A stretch of DNA of 64,000 nucleotides. Origin: an uncultured bacterium. Its GTDB lineage: Bacteria; Vulcanimicrobiota; Xenobia; Xenobiales; Xenobiaceae. Below are positions 61,180 to 64,000 of the stretch, one piece after another. Every line of letters starts with the position of its first letter. Position 1 is the stretch's first letter. The position numbers were made by a program, and so were the translations under genes. The notes under the pieces are model-generated. The model saw only the letters and a program-made list of their open reading frames with translations, did not search any database and was not told where the DNA came from. The stretch spans positions 118,496-182,495 of the forward strand of contig CATXCY010000001.1 in the NCBI GenBank assembly GCA_958366945.1. Direction: 5' to 3'.

Positions 61180-64000
61180 TTAACGAACGTTGCGACGAGA
61201 ACGACGCACCACTCCTGAGGAACGAGTGCCAGAGCGACGCCCGGAACGAGCAACACCAACATTACCGCTTCCTCTGTAAGAATCGACTGAAGAAGCAGAG
61301 ATACGGCGGCGAGAGCGACTTCCAGAAGAAGTGCGACGGCCATATCCTCTGGAAGATCCATTACCAGACGTGCTGTAATTACCGTCTGCATAAAGATCGT
61401 CAGCAGCATAATCTCCAGAAGCCGATTGATCGTAAGTTCCTAACTCAGCATAGTTGCTTTCGTTATAAGATCCATAAACAGGATACTCAAACTTCTCATC
61501 TTCGAGCTCAGGAGCATGGCCATAATACCTAACATAATCATCATAAGTATCGGCATCATCATAATGGCTCATATAGTCACTTCTGACATGCTCATTGTAA
61601 GCCGAAGAATCGTAGGCACTGCTCAGACGATAATCGTAGTTGGTGACAGCCATACTCTTAGCGGCACCTCTAGAGCGACGGCGGGAAGTAGTTTTTGCAT
61701 TTTCTTCAACCGCTTTGCTAGAAGAAGGAGAAGAAGTTGACTCGAACTTTTCAGCAGTAGAAGTTTCTTCTTTAGCTTGTGTATTCTTATTCACTTCACG
61801 GCGACGAGACTTACGCGGACTATAATCGTCACGGCGGTTTCTCGGAGAGCTAAAAGCTCGATCATAACTGCGACGAGCAGCTTCTATATCAGCTTCTTCC
61901 AAATCGGAGGCATGACTACCGTTATTGAAGCGACGGCGATAAATAGAGCTTACAACTGGCTCATCAACCTCTACAGAAGACTGTCCCTCTACTTTAGGAA
62001 GAGCCAAAGCTTGTTCTATTTGCTCTTCGCTCATGCCATTAGCTGAAGCGGAAATTTCGGCAATAGCGTCAACTTCAGCGGAAGGATCCGCCTTAGGAGC
62101 AGCAGTCTCAGTTTCGTGAGCAGCTTCTACTTTAGTTGTAGTATCAGCCTCAGGCTCGATCACAGATTCCGCTTGAGCAACAACTTCTTTCACTCCGGAA
62201 TTATCTACAATGTTGGAAGATGTATTTTCAAATTTATCATCCTCAACAGTAGACACACTCTGTTCGGCAGCTTCTGTTTCTTCTGCAGGCTCAGGTGCAA
62301 CTTCTGCACGACGAGCACGGCGGCGACGGCGCGTAGGAGAAGTTTCGGATTTTACTTTAGCTTCAACTTCTTTGGCAAAATCACGTTCTGTATCAGGAGC
62401 GTTTGTAGACTCCGGCTCACCCAAGACATCTTCTACAGCAGAAGTAATAGCTCTAATTTGAGCGCATACCTTCTCTTGAGCTGATACAGAAGGGGCTTCC
62501 TCTTCACGAGTAGATACAGACTTATTGCGAGTGCGACGGGAACGTACACTGTGATGAGCAGAAGTACCACGCAAAGGAGTCATTTCAAACTCGGCACGTT
62601 CCTGCGGAGTCATATTCTGATAATAAGCTTGCATCTCAGCACTGATATTGCGCCGATTGTCTCTAGCAGTAGCGGTTGCAAGTTGCTCTTTCTTTTCAGG
62701 TGCAGAAATAGCGCTACGTTTTTCTACAGTTTTGCTATTTTCAATAGAAGCGCTTTCTTCCTGACGACGATTGCGGCGATTACTCTCATTGCTAGAGCGT
62801 CTGGTACTCTCTTCAGCCTTTTCCTTATTTTCTCTGGAAGACTGCTTTTCCGGCTGGTGAGTAGGCTCAAAAATTTCATAAGTTTGACGCATACTGGCCG
62901 GTTGGCGGCGTGAAATGGAGAATTTGCGAACTTCAACAGGACGTAATTCATCAGCCAAACCATCTATTCCGAAGTAACGACCGATGCGACGCACCGCTTC
63001 ATCTAAACGAGAATCACGGAAAGAATTGGTAAGTTCACGGAAACGAACTACACGTTGACGCAAAGAAGAATCATCTAAGTAAATAACAAACTGAGCGTCG
63101 GAGTGGCTGGCAGCTTCCCAAGCATTGCCCTCTCCAGAATTAGGATAAGCCAATTCGGCATAAATGCCAGCTCTACGTAAGGCATACAACACAGGCAAAA
63201 GCAAAGACACAGCTGCTTGGCTACTGCCAGCTAAACATACATCCGATTGCTTCTCAATATTGGGAACCAAGTTGGCTTCTCGCACAGCTCTTAAAGTCAT
63301 ATCCAAATCGACGGCACAATCGACCGCAGGAATATCGCGACCTCCTAAGAGGCGAGAAAGTTCGTCACAACGGCCGCCGAAACTGAGCACGTTGCGACCG
63401 CAGCTAATCTGGAAAACCGTGCGATTATAACACTCTACATCTGGTACCAAGAGAGGAGATAAGCGATAAGAAACCTTAAGTTCGTCTAAATAAGCACGTA
63501 CAGCTTCAAAATGTTCGCGGCATTCAGGGCAAAGGTAGCCGAAAATAGAAGGAGCAACTTGAGACAACTCGCGGCAGCACTTTTCTTCACAACCCATAGT
63601 CCAAAGAGGATGAGTGCGATAACGATGGTGGCATTTAGGACAAAGCTCACCACTGCGGCGAGAGAAATAATCATAAAGGCCTTGCTGATATTCAGCACGA
63701 CATTTTTTACATCCCAAAGAGTTCAACTGTACTTTTAAGTCGCTCAATCCCAAAGCATTAAAGAAATCATAAGCGATCATCAGAGCTTCAACATCGAGAC
63801 TGGGCAAAATAGAGCCTACAGCTCCCACTCCAAAGCGATGGCTCTGTACAGCCGATTGCTCACGCCCTTTAGGAGCGGCAAATACAGGAGCTAAATAATA
63901 AAGTTTGGCCGGCTCACCATTTCTAGAAATGGGCAAATTTTCATCATTTATAGCTCTAATCATGGGCACAAGCATATTGGCGCGCATGGCAAAACGATGA
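61180..64000 (-). CDS. HisRS/HisZ-like class II aaRS-like core with Cys-rich insertions, fused to a long Arg/Ser/Glu-rich low-complexity C-terminal region. 5' end truncated by the window edge.
   Basis: The N-terminal part aligns to HisRS: AKLYYLAPVF.., LNSLG..Y, FGGRCDEL (~GGGRYDGL). Motif 2 is degenerate. The reading frame stays open upstream of the tracker Met at 63987 (..HRFAMRANMLV), so the gene continues beyond 64000. Downstream are ~580 aa of R/S/E/A-rich sequence (RRRRARRAE..., SRSRRRISASS...). Confidence 0.6.
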   Translation of the reverse strand, partial: HRFAMRANMLVPMIRAINDENLPISRNGEPAKLYYLAPVFAAPKGREQSAVQSHRFGVGAVGSILPSLDVEALMIAYDFFNALGLSDLKVQLNSLGCKKCRAEYQQGLYDYFSRRSGELCPKCHHRYRTHPLWTMGCEEKCCRELSQVAPSIFGYLCPECREHFEAVRAYLDELKVSYRLSPLLVPDVECYNRTVFQISCGRNVLSFGGRCDELSRLLGGRDIPAVDCAVDLDMTLRAVREANLVPNIEKQSDVCLAGSSQAAVSLLLPVLYALRRAGIYAELAYPNSGEGNAWEAASHSDAQFVIYLDDSSLRQRVVRFRELTNSFRDSRLDEAVRRIGRYFGIDGLADELRPVEVRKFSISRRQPASMRQTYEIFEPTHQPEKQSSRENKEKAEESTRRSSNESNRRNRRQEESASIENSKTVEKRSAISAPEKKEQLATATARDNRRNISAEMQAYYQNMTPQERAEFEMTPLRGTSAHHSVRSRRTRNKSVSTREEEAPSVSAQEKVCAQIRAITSAVEDVLGEPESTNAPDTERDFAKEVEAKVKSETSPTRRRRRARRAEVAPEPAEETEAAEQSVSTVEDDKFENTSSNIVDNSGVKEVVAQAESVIEPEADTTTKVEAAHETETAAPKADPSAEVDAIAEISASANGMSEEQIEQALALPKVEGQSSVEVDEPVVSSIYRRRFNNGSHASDLEEADIEAARRSYDRAFSSPRNRRDDYSPRKSRRREVNKNTQAKEETSTAEKFESTSSPSSSKAVEENAKTTSRRRSRGAAKSMAVTNYDYRLSSAYDSSAYNEHVRSDYMSHYDDADTYDDYVRYYGHAPELEDEKFEYPVYGSYNESNYAELGTYDQSASGDYAADDLYADGNYSTSGNGSSRGYGRRTSSGSRSRRRISASSVDSYRGSGNVGVARSGRRSGTRSSGVVRRSRRNVR

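Noticed and set aside
61516-63738. Multiple plus-strand ORFs (61-122 aa) across the right-end region, e.g. 61516-61740, 62116-62484, 62551-62913, 63164-63430.
   Set aside because: They are antisense to the long HisRS-like/low-complexity CDS. Their Ser/Arg-rich translations are a mirror artefact of the repetitive CGACG-rich DNA.

Overview
This 64 kb window looks like a chromosomal segment from a diderm, probably anaerobic bacterium. Evidence for that: desulfoferrodoxin, lipoprotein signal peptides, an OM-type C-terminal Phe protein, SecG. It is densely packed with housekeeping genes. These include thrS (partial at the left edge), ispE, ridA, an EF-G paralog, the glycolytic block gap-pgk-tpiA-secG, a MalEFG-like sugar ABC transporter, the dnaX-ybaB-recR block, glnS, an MTA phosphorylase, three minus-strand tRNAs (Val-TAC, Glu-TTC, Met-CAT), alr-tcdA and a PunA-type PNP.

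The most unusual locus lies immediately next to the tRNA cluster, at about 40.9-53.6 kb. It is a minus-strand operon encoding a small very acidic protein and an HD-domain (SAMHD1/dGTPase-like) phosphohydrolase. That operon is followed by a tandem array of six diverged paralogs encoding EndoG/NucA-family (DRGH beta-beta-alpha-Me) non-specific nucleases. Each nuclease gene has its own promoter-like upstream element and its own rho-independent terminator. All six share a conserved ~55-aa N-terminal module that lacks a classical signal peptide, and each has a hypervariable linker. No interleaved immunity genes are present. The array is capped by an 883-aa polytopic membrane protein.

Other notable items: several very large GT-C/DUF2723-like membrane proteins near the left end; a degenerate HisRS/HisZ-like protein fused to a >550-aa Arg/Ser/Glu-rich disordered tail at the right end (truncated by the window); and a PNP with an apparent Sec signal peptide plus a Cys-rich segment. 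All functional calls are from motif recognition by eye; no database searches were run.
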